Shown piece after piece: positions 18,379 through 27,839 of a DNA stretch of 64,000 nt (within the stretch, counting starts at the first letter, position 1; each line of letters opens with the position of its first letter). The stretch is taken from NCBI GenBank assembly GCA_965248575.1, contig CBDFJQ010000002.1:1632001-1696000 (forward strand). Direction: 5' to 3'. The position numbers and the translations under genes are program-made. The stretch comes from Planctomycetota bacterium (GTDB taxonomy: Bacteria; Planctomycetota; B15-G4). The notes under the pieces were generated by a model, which worked only from the letters and a program-made list of their open reading frames with translations, was not told the origin of the DNA and did no database searches.

Positions 18379-20454
18379 TCAGCCGCTGGTCGACTCGCCC
18401 ACCTGCCCTGCATCCGGATTGCCCACTGCGACGCCAGACTGGCCGGGCGTCGCCACACCCACCGGGTGGACCGGCCCCTCGCCCCGCAGGTGCTCGTCGA
18501 GCAAGCGGGCTGCCACACCGATCAGGTCCCATTCGGTGAGGATGCCCACCAATTTGCCGTCGTCCACGACGGGTAGACAGCCCACCTTCTCAGTGCGCAT
18601 GAGGGCGATGGCGTCCAGGGTGCGCGTGTCCGAGGAAACAGTCACAGGTGCTGGCTTCATGATGTCGCTGACGGCAACGGGATCCGCATCCGCCCTGCGC
18701 CGACCGCGCGCCACGAGTCGCAGGAGTGAGCGATGGGAAAGCAGGCCCACCAGCTGCCCTTGTTCATCCTCCACCGGCACATGCCGCACGTGTTCCCAAT
18801 CCATGAGACTGGCCGCCAGGTCCACCAGGTCTCCCGGTTGCACCGTGAACAGATCGGTCGACATGAACTGCCCGACGGTCCGGTAGGTGTCCCGCAGGTC
18901 GAGCACCTCATCGAGATCCGCCGAACTGGCCAGCTCCCACTCGTGGACCGGCACCTCGTGGGCCTGGCGTCGGAGCATGACTTCCGTCAGCGTGCGATGG
19001 AGTACATCCGTTGAGCCGCGACTCATGCCGGCTTTTGACGGATCGTCCTTGTCAGCCTCGGTCGCGCCCCCACCCGGAGAGAACCCGGCCATGCTGCGCA
19101 AGGAATCCCGACACCAACGTGCACCTGTCTGGCCACTGCGCACACGCTCTTCCACGACATTGAGGTAGCGATCCACGTCACCGCTGGCGATGCCCGCCTC
19201 CCGGAGCCCATCACGAGCCATGGGCAGCAGCCTCTCGAGGATCAGCGTGGAGGCCGGGATGGTCTCTCCATCCACCCAGGTAAACTGGGCTTTCAGCCCG
19301 TGTCGCGCCGCTGCGAAGAAGTTGGACTTGGCGTCGTCGAACAGCATTCGCTTGTGAACCTGCCCATACTCCTCCACGCAGGCCGCCATGAGGCCGTAGT
19401 AGAACGCCGCGTTCGCCATCTGATCCAGCACCGTGGGGCCGGCGGGCAGGACACGGTTCTCGATGCGCAGATGCGGGACGACCCCGTCGTGGCCGTAGCA
19501 CACGCGATTCCAGCGGTAGACAGTTCCGTTGTGCAAGCGCAGGGCGGTGAGTTCGGGGATGCCCCCGGCATCCAGCACGGACTCCGGGTCCTCCTCGAGA
19601 TCGGCCACGAAGAGCACCCGGAAACGGGTGATGTTGTCGCGCCAGACCTCGGCCGCGGATTCCCTCACCCAGGAATCCCCAAAGCTCACACGTGGGCGCG
19701 CGTTGCGAGCCTTTTCCAAGGTCGAGCGTGCGTCCACGGAATGCTGGAAGAGGGCGACCCGCGTTTCATTCCAGAGCTGCCGGCCGAGCAGCAGCGGAGA
19801 GTTCACGGCCGCAGCCAAGACCGGGGCGGTGATGACCTGGGCGATGTTGTAGAGCTTCGCAAACTCCTTCGGCGCCACCTGGAAGTGCAGCTGGAAGCTC
19901 GTATTGCACGATTCCAGCATGACGTTGTCATGGACCAGTTCGAGTTCGTCGATGCCCTTGATGGTGACCTGGAACTTGCCCCCACGCGCGGCGCAGGTCG
20001 CATCATTGATCTCGTGGTAGCGATCCTTGGGCGTCATGTTGGCGAGGCTCAGGTCCCGCACCCGCAAGGTGGGCAGGATGCCCGTCAGCAGGATTCGGGC
20101 GTCCTGGGTACGAGCCGCGGTATCGGCGGCACCCACCAGCTCCTTGAGCTCGGCTTCCATGTCCGCCAGGCAGCTGCCCCCGAAGACCCGTGGATTGGCG
20201 TTGGCCTCCAGGTTGAAGCGCGCCAACTCGTTCACCAGTTCGGGGCGATCCGCGTGCGCCAGCACGGCATCGGCCACAGGCGCCGCCCGCATGGCACTGT
20301 CGACGAGGAACATCTCCATCTCGGCCCCGATGCGTCGGATGCCCGTCTCGAAGCGTTCCTCTTCCAACATGCGCTCGAAGGCATGCACGTCGTTCAGCAA
20401 CGCCTTCATGTAGCGGCGACGCTGCAGCTCTTCGGTCGAACGATTGGAATCCAT
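18379..20454 (-). CDS. Glutamate-cysteine ligase (GCS2-like carboxylate-amine ligase) fused to C-terminal CBS pair
   Basis: IGAEMEMFLVD, ELARFNLE, ESCNTSFQLHFQ, AVNSP, LHNGTVYRWNR, HLRIENRVLPAGPT; CBS pair (VRHVPVED, VGCLPVVDDGKLVGILT). The upstream part of the track ORF is the antisense shadow of ggt. Confidence 0.85.
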   Translation of the reverse strand: MDSNRSTEELQRRRYMKALLNDVHAFERMLEEERFETGIRRIGAEMEMFLVDSAMRAAPVADAVLAHADRPELVNELARFNLEANANPRVFGGSCLADMEAELKELVGAADTAARTQDARILLTGILPTLRVRDLSLANMTPKDRYHEINDATCAARGGKFQVTIKGIDELELVHDNVMLESCNTSFQLHFQVAPKEFAKLYNIAQVITAPVLAAAVNSPLLLGRQLWNETRVALFQHSVDARSTLEKARNARPRVSFGDSWVRESAAEVWRDNITRFRVLFVADLEEDPESVLDAGGIPELTALRLHNGTVYRWNRVCYGHDGVVPHLRIENRVLPAGPTVLDQMANAAFYYGLMAACVEEYGQVHKRMLFDDAKSNFFAAARHGLKAQFTWVDGETIPASTLILERLLPMARDGLREAGIASGDVDRYLNVVEERVRSGQTGARWCRDSLRSMAGFSPGGGATEADKDDPSKAGMSRGSTDVLHRTLTEVMLRRQAHEVPVHEWELASSADLDEVLDLRDTYRTVGQFMSTDLFTVQPGDLVDLAASLMDWEHVRHVPVEDEQGQLVGLLSHRSLLRLVARGRRRADADPVAVSDIMKPAPVTVSSDTRTLDAIALMRTEKVGCLPVVDDGKLVGILTEWDLIGVAARLLDEHLRGEGPVHPVGVATPGQSGVAVGNPDAGQVGESTSG

Positions 20455-20532
20455 GCGCGACCCGTAGCCCCTGAGAGAGTGACAAGACAGAAGATACCAC
20501 CCCGAGCCGATGCCGACCGTATGCTGGCTCCC

Positions 20533-22404
20533 ATGAGGCATCTGAACGCAGCGATGTTCACCACCCGAATCCGTTTCCGCAACGTCGTGGCGACCGTCGG
20601 CCTGGGGATGCTGGCACTGCTGTTGCAGTTGGCCGGCTGCAGCTCGCCGCCAAGCCCCGGGGACCCCGCTCGGCGTGCCGGCCTCCAGACGGGAATCCAC
20701 ACGACGGTCCGCCTGGAGCGCGCCCTGGAAACGGACGCTGGAGCCGTGGCCTGCGTGGACAGATACGCGGCACAGGTCGGCGCCGAGCTCTTGGCGCGCG
20801 GGGGCAATGCCGTGGACGCTGCCGTGGGAACGGCCCTGGCTTTGGCCGTCACCTGGCCCCAGGCCGGCAACCTCGGCGGCGGCGGCTTCATGATCGTCCG
20901 CATGGCCGACGGGCGGCAGATCAGCATCGACGCACGGGAGACCGCCCCCGCCGCCTTTCCCCAAGACGCCTTCCTTGATGAAAGCGGGAGCTATGACCCC
21001 GCTCGCGCATCGGACCCCTGGCTCGCCATCGGTGTGCCCGGGAGCGTCGCCGGACTCGGAGCAGCCCACGAACGCTTCGGCCTGCTGACCTGGGCTGAGG
21101 TGGTGGGGCCCGCCATCGAGCTGGCACGTCGCGGCTTCGTTCGTGATGAGATGTTCTGCCGTTATCTCACCTCGGCCGCAGCGGAGCTGAATGCGCTGCC
21201 CTCGAGCCGGGCGATCTTCTTGAATGCCGACGGCACCGCGCCCGCCGTGGGGACACGACTGACTCAGTACCAACTCGCGCGAACCCTCGAAGTTCTTGCC
21301 GCAGAGGGCTCCAGCGCGTTCTACACAGGCCCTCTTGCGGAGGGACTCGTCCGGGACGTGCAAGCCGCGGGGGGCCTGCTGACGCTCGACGACCTGGCGT
21401 CCTATCAGGTGCTGTTCCGGGAGCCCCTGCTGCTCGAGTTTGCAGGGCGCACAGTGCTCGCCATGCCTCCCCCCTCCTCCGGCGGTGTGGCCCTGGGCCA
21501 GATCCTCGGACAATTGGAGCGGGTCTTCAGCCCGGCGACCGACGGCCAGGCTGACGCAGCTCCGACCCCGGGCTCCCTGCGCTTCCTGCATCACTACGCG
21601 GAAGCTGCCCGGCGCGCCTTCGCCGAGCGGGCTCGCTGGCTAGGCGACCCCGACTTTGTCCCGGTGCCCACCGAACGCCTGCTGCATTCCGCCACCCTGG
21701 ACGCCCTCGCAGCGAGCATTGACTCCCAGCGGGCCACCGCCAGCCAGCTGCTAGGCCCCCCGCTCACACCGCAGCGCGCCGTGCCCGAGAGCGAAGAGAC
21801 CACCCACATCTCCGTGATCGACGCCGACGGCAACGCCGTCTCCTTCACCACGACACTCGAGGCGACCTACGGCAGCAAGGCGGTCTCCGCCAGCACCGGC
21901 ATCCTGCTGAACAACCAGCTCGGGGACTTCAATCGGATTCCCGGACAGACAACGGTCGAAGGGCACATCGGCACGCCAGCGAATCTCGCGGCGCCTGGCA
22001 AGCGCCCGCTGAGTTCGATGTCGCCGGTCATCGTCCTGGACGGTGAAGAGGTCGTGCTGGTGACTGGCAGCCCTGGCGGCCGCACGATCATCAACACGGT
22101 GGCGCAGGTGGTGCTGGCCCACCTGTTGCACGGCATGCCCTTGGCCGATGCGGTCAACGCGCCACGGGTGCATCACCAATGGCATCCCGACAGCCTGTCG
22201 TTCGAATCGGTAGCGGACTGGCCATCGACCGAGGTGCGCCAGCAGCTCGAGGCCATGGGTCACCGACTCGATCGCCGACCCGACACGCCACCGAGCCTCG
22301 GGCGCCTCGGCGCCGCGCACTCCGTCGCGCGCGACCCGGCCAGCGGACGCATCACTGCCGTGGGCGACCAGCGCCGGGACGGATGGGCTGCCAGCGACAA
22401 CTGA
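20533..22404 (+). CDS. ggt: Gamma-glutamyltransferase, probable lipoprotein
   Basis: GGNAVDAAV, GNLGGGGF, DARETAP, GVPG, PPPSSGG, autocleavage ETTHISVID, LLNN, PGKRPLSSM, GSPGG; lipobox LAGC. Confidence 0.95.
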   Translation: MRHLNAAMFTTRIRFRNVVATVGLGMLALLLQLAGCSSPPSPGDPARRAGLQTGIHTTVRLERALETDAGAVACVDRYAAQVGAELLARGGNAVDAAVGTALALAVTWPQAGNLGGGGFMIVRMADGRQISIDARETAPAAFPQDAFLDESGSYDPARASDPWLAIGVPGSVAGLGAAHERFGLLTWAEVVGPAIELARRGFVRDEMFCRYLTSAAAELNALPSSRAIFLNADGTAPAVGTRLTQYQLARTLEVLAAEGSSAFYTGPLAEGLVRDVQAAGGLLTLDDLASYQVLFREPLLLEFAGRTVLAMPPPSSGGVALGQILGQLERVFSPATDGQADAAPTPGSLRFLHHYAEAARRAFAERARWLGDPDFVPVPTERLLHSATLDALAASIDSQRATASQLLGPPLTPQRAVPESEETTHISVIDADGNAVSFTTTLEATYGSKAVSASTGILLNNQLGDFNRIPGQTTVEGHIGTPANLAAPGKRPLSSMSPVIVLDGEEVVLVTGSPGGRTIINTVAQVVLAHLLHGMPLADAVNAPRVHHQWHPDSLSFESVADWPSTEVRQQLEAMGHRLDRRPDTPPSLGRLGAAHSVARDPASGRITAVGDQRRDGWAASDN

Positions 22405-22413
22405 GGTCGTCCT

Positions 22414-23634
22414 TCAGCGGGCGTGCACCTTGACCGTCTCGCCCACCGTGTCGAGCATCTTGCGCAGGGTGTCGTAGTCCGGGTGCTTCATGCGCACCCA
22501 GGCGTTGGCCATGAAGCCACCTTCAACCGGCTGCGTCTTGGACCCGGGGCCCGGGAAGTGGCTGTCGATGATCCACTCGCCCCAGTGGTGGTTCAGCTCG
22601 TCGACCCCCTCGTAGCTCACGATGTGGCCGTCGCAGTCCGGGCGCAGGGCGATCATGCCCGCCGCGTATTGCCGTGAGGTCTGCGCACCTGGGCGGCCAT
22701 GAACCAGGGCGTTCGCCCACTCCACATAGACGTCCATGTCATTGGAAGCGCAGTAGAGGTCCCAGGCACCCACACCCGGTGGGCGGCATCCGATCTCCGA
22801 GAATTTCAATCCCTTGGGCCCGAAGAACCACTCCATGTGCGTCGCCGACGTGCCGATGCCCAGTTCTTCGATGACACGCTGCCCGAGACGTTTGACCTGG
22901 CCGTAGGTGTCGGCCGCCACGCGATTGGTGGTGACGATCTGGGGCGAGACCCAGCGGCTGCGCATGCCATCGAGGACGTTCGGGTAGTAGTGGCAGATGA
23001 ACTCGTGCATCACCTTGCCGTCCACGCAAAGCGTGTCGTAGAAACCTTCGTGACCTTCGATGAACTCCTCGAGCGCGACCTCGGCGCCCCGGTGCACCCC
23101 CGAGCTGCGCAGGGCCTGCCCCAACTCGTCGTCGTTGTTCACGCGGGAGGTGCCAGCCGCACCCGCGCCGTCGCGCGGCTTCACGATGAGCGGGTATCCC
23201 ACCTGGGTCGCAAAGCTCGCAGCCTCCTCCAGCGACGCCACTCCCGTGGATTGCGCGCACGGGACGTCTGCTTGCCGCAGGGCCTCCTTCATGGCTGGCT
23301 TGTCGCGGCATAGGAAGGCGGTCTGGACCGAGGTGCCCGGAATGCCGCAGGCCTCGCGCACGTTTGCCGTCGGTTGGATGTGCGCCTCCACGGTGGCTTC
23401 CAGCCGATCGACCCAACCGCGAGACTGGATGCGCTGCACCGCCTCCAACAAGGAGGGTTCGTGCACCACCGACGGCACTTGTTCGTAGGCACCGAGCCAA
23501 CCCCGGAGCTCGTCGTCGAGGAACTCGAGAGGCCGTTCGCCAATGCCCGTCACGAAGGCCCCGACGCTGGCCAGGGCGCGCACGAACTCGCGTTGGTTGA
23601 AGGGGAAACCGGGTTCGACAAAGATCACATGCAT
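22414..23634 (-). CDS. ATP-grasp ligase (paralogue A)
   Basis: RDKPAMK, GYPLIVKPRDGAG, EEFIEGHE, THMEWF, FSEIGCRPPG. Confidence 0.9.
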   Translation of the reverse strand: MHVIFVEPGFPFNQREFVRALASVGAFVTGIGERPLEFLDDELRGWLGAYEQVPSVVHEPSLLEAVQRIQSRGWVDRLEATVEAHIQPTANVREACGIPGTSVQTAFLCRDKPAMKEALRQADVPCAQSTGVASLEEAASFATQVGYPLIVKPRDGAGAAGTSRVNNDDELGQALRSSGVHRGAEVALEEFIEGHEGFYDTLCVDGKVMHEFICHYYPNVLDGMRSRWVSPQIVTTNRVAADTYGQVKRLGQRVIEELGIGTSATHMEWFFGPKGLKFSEIGCRPPGVGAWDLYCASNDMDVYVEWANALVHGRPGAQTSRQYAAGMIALRPDCDGHIVSYEGVDELNHHWGEWIIDSHFPGPGSKTQPVEGGFMANAWVRMKHPDYDTLRKMLDTVGETVKVHAR

Positions 23635-23661
23635 GACGCTGCGTCCTCTTCAGGGCCCCCT

Positions 23662-23705
23662 GGCAATCAAAGGGGCAAGTCACGGGGCAAACAACGGGGC
23701 AAGTC
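23662..23705. repeat. Degenerate 12-bp-period tandem repeat (GGCAA x4, GGGGCAA x3) in the glgA/ATP-grasp-A spacer
   Basis: GGCAA starts at 23662, 23674, 23686 and 23698. Confidence 0.8.
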
Positions 23706-23743
23706 CGCACCCGCCCGCCCGGCATGCCCCCATCTCGGGGGCC

Positions 23744-25213
23744 TCAGGCAGGCGTGGCGGTCAGCAATTGATGGTACAGCGACTCATAGGACCCCGTCTG
23801 CCGCTCCCATGAGAAATCCATGCCCATGGCGTTCGCTTGCATGCGTTTCCATTGGGGGGCATCCGCCCAGAGTTCAAGGGCGTAGGTCAGGGCCCAGCGC
23901 ATTCCGGACGCATCGAATTGATCAAAGAGAATGCCCGTGCCGGCCCCCGTCTGGGAGTCGAACTGGCTGACCGTGTCGGCCAGACCACCCGTCCGTCGCA
24001 CGATGGGGATCGTGCCGTAGCGCAGGCTGTACATCTGGTTCAGCCCGCACGGTTCATAGAGCGAAGGCATGAGGAAGGCGTCGGCCCCGGCCTCGATCAG
24101 GTGTGCCAGGGGATTGTCGTAACCGCGGTAGAAACACATGCGGCCCGGAAAGCGCCGTTGGAGATCCTGGAAGGCCTGCTCGTATTTGCTCTCCCCGCTG
24201 CCCAGCACCACCACGCGCACGTCGCGGCCCGAGAGCATCTCTGCCAGGGGCTCGAACACCAGCTCGAAGCCCTTCTGGTAAACGAGCCGCGACACGATGC
24301 CGAACACCGGCGCCGTCTCGGTCGGGCCCAAGCCCAGTGCCTTCAGCAGCGCGGCCTTGTTCTTCGCCTTCCCCGAGAGGTCCTGGGCTGAGAACGGGTG
24401 CGGAATCAGAGTGTCCTGTTCCGGGCTCCATTCGCCGTAGTCCACACCGTTCACGATACCCACCAGGCTGGAGGCCCGATCGCGCAGGATTCCGTCGAGA
24501 CCCATCCCCAGCTCTTCGGTCTGGATCTCCGCCGCATAGGTCTCGCTCACCGTGGTGATGGCGTCCGCGTACAGCAGCCCTGTCTTCAAGAAATTGATGC
24601 GCCCCTGGGCCAGGTCCTCCTGGTGCAGCAGGTGGACGGCGTCATCCAGGCCCAGATCGTGCACGGCCTCGGACCCCACCACCCCCTGATACCCGATGTT
24701 GTGGATGGTCAGCACCGTCTTTGTACGAGCGAAGAGATCCTCCCAGGACGACAGCAGCTTCAGGTAGAGCGGCAGCAAGCCCGCGTGCCAGTCGTTGCAG
24801 TGCACGATGTCCGGGGCCCAGGAAGTGGCCTGACAGGCCGTCAGGGAAGCTCGGGCCAGGAGCGCGAAGCGGAGGTGTTCGTCCTCGTCTGCGGTGTAGA
24901 TCCCCTCCCGGTCGTAGAGCTCCGGGCAGTCGATGCAGTAGACCTCCAAGCCGCTGCGTTCGATGGTCGTGGAGAGGACCGAGATGCGCCCCGAACGAGG
25001 CCCCAGGGACACGGACAGATCGCTCATGCCAGGCACAGGGCTGAACTCGAGACCCGCCTCCCGCATGCGCCGATAGAGGGGCATGAAGACGCGCACCTCG
25101 TGACCCTGCTTCGAGAGCTGGGCACCCAGGGCAGCCGTGACGTCCGCGAGGCCTCCTGTCTTCGCAAGTGGCGCCACTTCCGACGAAACGAGGCTGATCT
25201 TGAGCGGGGTCAT
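23744..25213 (-). CDS. glgA: Glycogen synthase (GT5, ADP-glucose)
   Basis: SEVAPLAKTGGLADV, HCNDWH, TIHNIGYQG, GIVNGVD, SRLVYQKG, MPSLYEPCGLNQ, TGGLADTV, FSW. Confidence 0.96.
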   Translation of the reverse strand: MTPLKISLVSSEVAPLAKTGGLADVTAALGAQLSKQGHEVRVFMPLYRRMREAGLEFSPVPGMSDLSVSLGPRSGRISVLSTTIERSGLEVYCIDCPELYDREGIYTADEDEHLRFALLARASLTACQATSWAPDIVHCNDWHAGLLPLYLKLLSSWEDLFARTKTVLTIHNIGYQGVVGSEAVHDLGLDDAVHLLHQEDLAQGRINFLKTGLLYADAITTVSETYAAEIQTEELGMGLDGILRDRASSLVGIVNGVDYGEWSPEQDTLIPHPFSAQDLSGKAKNKAALLKALGLGPTETAPVFGIVSRLVYQKGFELVFEPLAEMLSGRDVRVVVLGSGESKYEQAFQDLQRRFPGRMCFYRGYDNPLAHLIEAGADAFLMPSLYEPCGLNQMYSLRYGTIPIVRRTGGLADTVSQFDSQTGAGTGILFDQFDASGMRWALTYALELWADAPQWKRMQANAMGMDFSWERQTGSYESLYHQLLTATPA

Positions 25214-25355
25214 GAAGGCTCCGGAGGGATCGAGACAAGGGGAGCCACTCTATCCCATGGCAGGGAGTGCCTGAACCTCTCGCAAGCGGTATCCTGCCTC
25301 GCTCCGCGATGCTCTCCGACATCGTGGAACGCCCCTGCTCACGAGCGGAACCGAC

Positions 25356-26576
25356 ATGCGCCACGCGGTGTTCGTCGTCCCCTTCCTGTTCGAAACCTCC
25401 GTGCGCTTCCTGCGCGCCGCCCTCGGCGTTCAGGGCGCAGCGGTGAGCCTGATCAGCCAGGACCCCCTGGAGCGCTTTGACAAGGACATCCGTGCTGGCC
25501 TTGCCGGCCATTGGCGTGTCGAGAAGGCCCTGGACCCCAACCACCTCGTGGAAGCCGTGCGGGGCCTCTCCAAGCAACTCGGCCCCGTGGACAGCTTGAA
25601 CGGCGTGCTGGAGCAGCTGCAGGTGCCGTTGGCCCAAGCGCGGGCTGCGTTGGACCTCCCTGGCCTGCCCGTCGACGCCGCCCAGTGCTTCCGGGACAAG
25701 TCGGTGATGAAGACGCGCTTGGCGGCGGCAGGCTTGCCCTGCGCACATCACCGCCTGGTGACATCCCGCGAAGAGCTGGAAGCCTTCCTGAACCAGGTGG
25801 GTTTCCCGGTCGTCATCAAACCACCGGCAGGCGCAGGCGCCGTAGACACCTTCCGGCTGGACAACGCCAGCCAACTCCCGCAAGCCCTCGCCAGCTGGTC
25901 GCCCCACCCCAACCGCCCGATGCTGGTGGAAGAGTTCATCGTGGGCAGCGAGCACTCCTTCGATGCCGTTTGCATCGACGGGCAGTGCCTCTGGTACAGC
26001 ATCAGCGACTACTCACCGACGCCGCTCGAGGTCATGCGCAACGACTGGGTCCAGTGGTGCGTGCAGCTCCCGCACGAGCTGGACGGGCGGGGGTACGAGG
26101 CCATCGTCGACGCGGGCCCCAAGGCACTCACGGCCCTGGGCATGGGCACGGGGCTGGCGCACATGGAGTGGTTTCGTCGGCCCGACGGGTCCATCGCCAT
26201 CTCCGAAGTGGGTGCCCGCCCACCCGGCGCCCAGTTCACCTCCCTCATGAGCTACGCCCACGACACCGACATGTACGCCGCCTGGTCGCGGCTCATGATC
26301 GAAGGGCGCTTCGACCCACCCACTCGCCAGTACTCAGCCGGCGCTGCCTACCTGCGCGGCCAAGGCAAAGGCGTGGTGCGGGCCGTCCGCGGGCTCGAGC
26401 AAGCACAGCGCGAGCTAGGCTCCTTGGTCGTGGACGTGAAACTGCCGTCAGTCGGGCAGTCCCAGGCCAGCAGCTACGAGGGCGAGGGCTACGCCATCCT
26501 GCGGCACCCGCGCACCGACGTCGTCCAAAAGGGGCTGCGACGATTGATCGAACTGGTCCGCGTGGAGCTCGGCTGA
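25356..26576 (+). CDS. ATP-grasp ligase (paralogue B)
   Basis: FRDKSVMK, GFPVVIKPPAGAG, EEFIVGSE, AHMEWF, ISEVGARPPG. Confidence 0.9.
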   Translation: MRHAVFVVPFLFETSVRFLRAALGVQGAAVSLISQDPLERFDKDIRAGLAGHWRVEKALDPNHLVEAVRGLSKQLGPVDSLNGVLEQLQVPLAQARAALDLPGLPVDAAQCFRDKSVMKTRLAAAGLPCAHHRLVTSREELEAFLNQVGFPVVIKPPAGAGAVDTFRLDNASQLPQALASWSPHPNRPMLVEEFIVGSEHSFDAVCIDGQCLWYSISDYSPTPLEVMRNDWVQWCVQLPHELDGRGYEAIVDAGPKALTALGMGTGLAHMEWFRRPDGSIAISEVGARPPGAQFTSLMSYAHDTDMYAAWSRLMIEGRFDPPTRQYSAGAAYLRGQGKGVVRAVRGLEQAQRELGSLVVDVKLPSVGQSQASSYEGEGYAILRHPRTDVVQKGLRRLIELVRVELG

Positions 26577-27799
26577 TGAATGTGCTTATGCTTTCTCCGG
26601 GCTTTCCGGACGAGATGGTTTTGTTCAGCCAAGGGTTGGCTCAGGTCGGTGCGAACGTCTACGGCGTGGGTGAGCAACCTGTGCAGACCCTGCCCAGCGT
26701 CTGTCGCGCGAGCCTGACCGCCTACCTGCAGGTCCCCAGCCTGTGGAATGAAGACGCAGCCATCGACCAGATCGTCACCGAAGCCCGGGCCAACAATGTG
26801 CGCTTCTCCCGGGTGGAGTGCCTCTGGGAGCCACTGATGATCCTGGCGGCCCGGCTACGGGAAGCGCTGGGCGTGCCCGGCATGACCGTGGCCGAGACGC
26901 GTCCCTTCCGCGACAAGGAAGCCATGAAGACGGTGCTCGACGAGGCGGGCATCCGCACGCCGCACCATGCCCGCTGCACTGACGCCGACGAATGTCGCGC
27001 CGCCGCCGAGCGCATCGGCTACCCCCTGATCGCCAAGCCCATCAACGGCGCCGGCTCGGCGGACACCCACCGCGTCGACGACGCCGCCGAACTGGAACGG
27101 ATCCTGCCGCTGATCCGTCACGTGCCCGAGATCAGCATCGAGGAGTTCGTCGAGGGGCGGGAATTCACCTTCGACACCGTCTGCGCCGACGGCGAGATCC
27201 TGTTCCACAACGTCGCCTGGTACCGGCCGCGCCCACTCATCGCCCGCACGGTGGAGTGGACGTCCCCCCAGACCATCACCCTGAGACGACCTGACGTCGG
27301 GCCCCTGGCAGCAGGCAATGCCATGGGCGTTGCGGTGCTCAAGGCCTTGGGCTTCCGCACGGGCTTCACGCACATGGAGTGGTTCCTCAAGGACTCCGGC
27401 GAAGCGGTCTTCTGCGAGATCGGCGCACGCCCGCCAGGCGCACGCTCGGTGGAGATCATGAACGCCGCCAACGACATCGACCTCTATCGCGGCTGGGCAG
27501 AGGCCGTGTGCACGGGGACGCTCAGCCAGACCATCAACCGGCGCTACAACGCGGCCATCATCTTCAAGCGTGCCAAGGGCGAGGGGCGCATCACCCGCAT
27601 CGACGGCCTGGGCTCCCTCATGTCGCGCTTCGGCCCGCACATCATGTCCGTGGACCTGCTCCAGCCGGGCGCTCATCGCCGCAACTGGAAGCAAACGCTC
27701 ATGTCTGACGGTCACATCATCCTCCGACACCCTGACCTCGAAACCTGTCTCGAGATGGCAGACTGCGTCGGCACGGACTTGACCATCGAAGCGGCCTGA
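26576..27799 (+). CDS. ATP-grasp ligase (paralogue C)
   Basis: TGATG-coupled to B; MNVLMLSPGFP, FRDKEAMK, GYPLIAKPINGAGS, EEFVEGRE, THMEWF, FCEIGARPPG. Confidence 0.9.
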   Translation: MNVLMLSPGFPDEMVLFSQGLAQVGANVYGVGEQPVQTLPSVCRASLTAYLQVPSLWNEDAAIDQIVTEARANNVRFSRVECLWEPLMILAARLREALGVPGMTVAETRPFRDKEAMKTVLDEAGIRTPHHARCTDADECRAAAERIGYPLIAKPINGAGSADTHRVDDAAELERILPLIRHVPEISIEEFVEGREFTFDTVCADGEILFHNVAWYRPRPLIARTVEWTSPQTITLRRPDVGPLAAGNAMGVAVLKALGFRTGFTHMEWFLKDSGEAVFCEIGARPPGARSVEIMNAANDIDLYRGWAEAVCTGTLSQTINRRYNAAIIFKRAKGEGRITRIDGLGSLMSRFGPHIMSVDLLQPGAHRRNWKQTLMSDGHIILRHPDLETCLEMADCVGTDLTIEAA

Positions 27800-27839
27800 C
27801 GGCCTGCCACCCCGACTTCCTGAGACACCGAATCCGTTC

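Noticed and set aside
18379..22404. Apparent 1071-aa and 1034-aa overlapping giant ORFs, likewise 60113-63127 and 60335-63205
   Set aside because: Each is a real gene (ligase-CBS/ggt, lysS/tig) extended upstream through the antisense frame of its divergent neighbour. They are not fusions.
25511..26575. N-terminal 355 aa of the 762-aa track ORF, suggesting a frameshift fusion of ATP-grasp B and C
   Set aside because: This is an off-frame Arg/Pro-rich reading of gene B. Gene C has its own ATG in a TGATG overlap, and no slippery site is evident.
22414..27799. ATP-grasp A-C as biotin carboxylase, carbamoyl-phosphate synthetase, or RiPP (graspetide) enzymes
   Set aside because: No BCCP/carboxyltransferase, too short for CarB, and no precursor-peptide ORF with repeated core motifs found in the short spacers.
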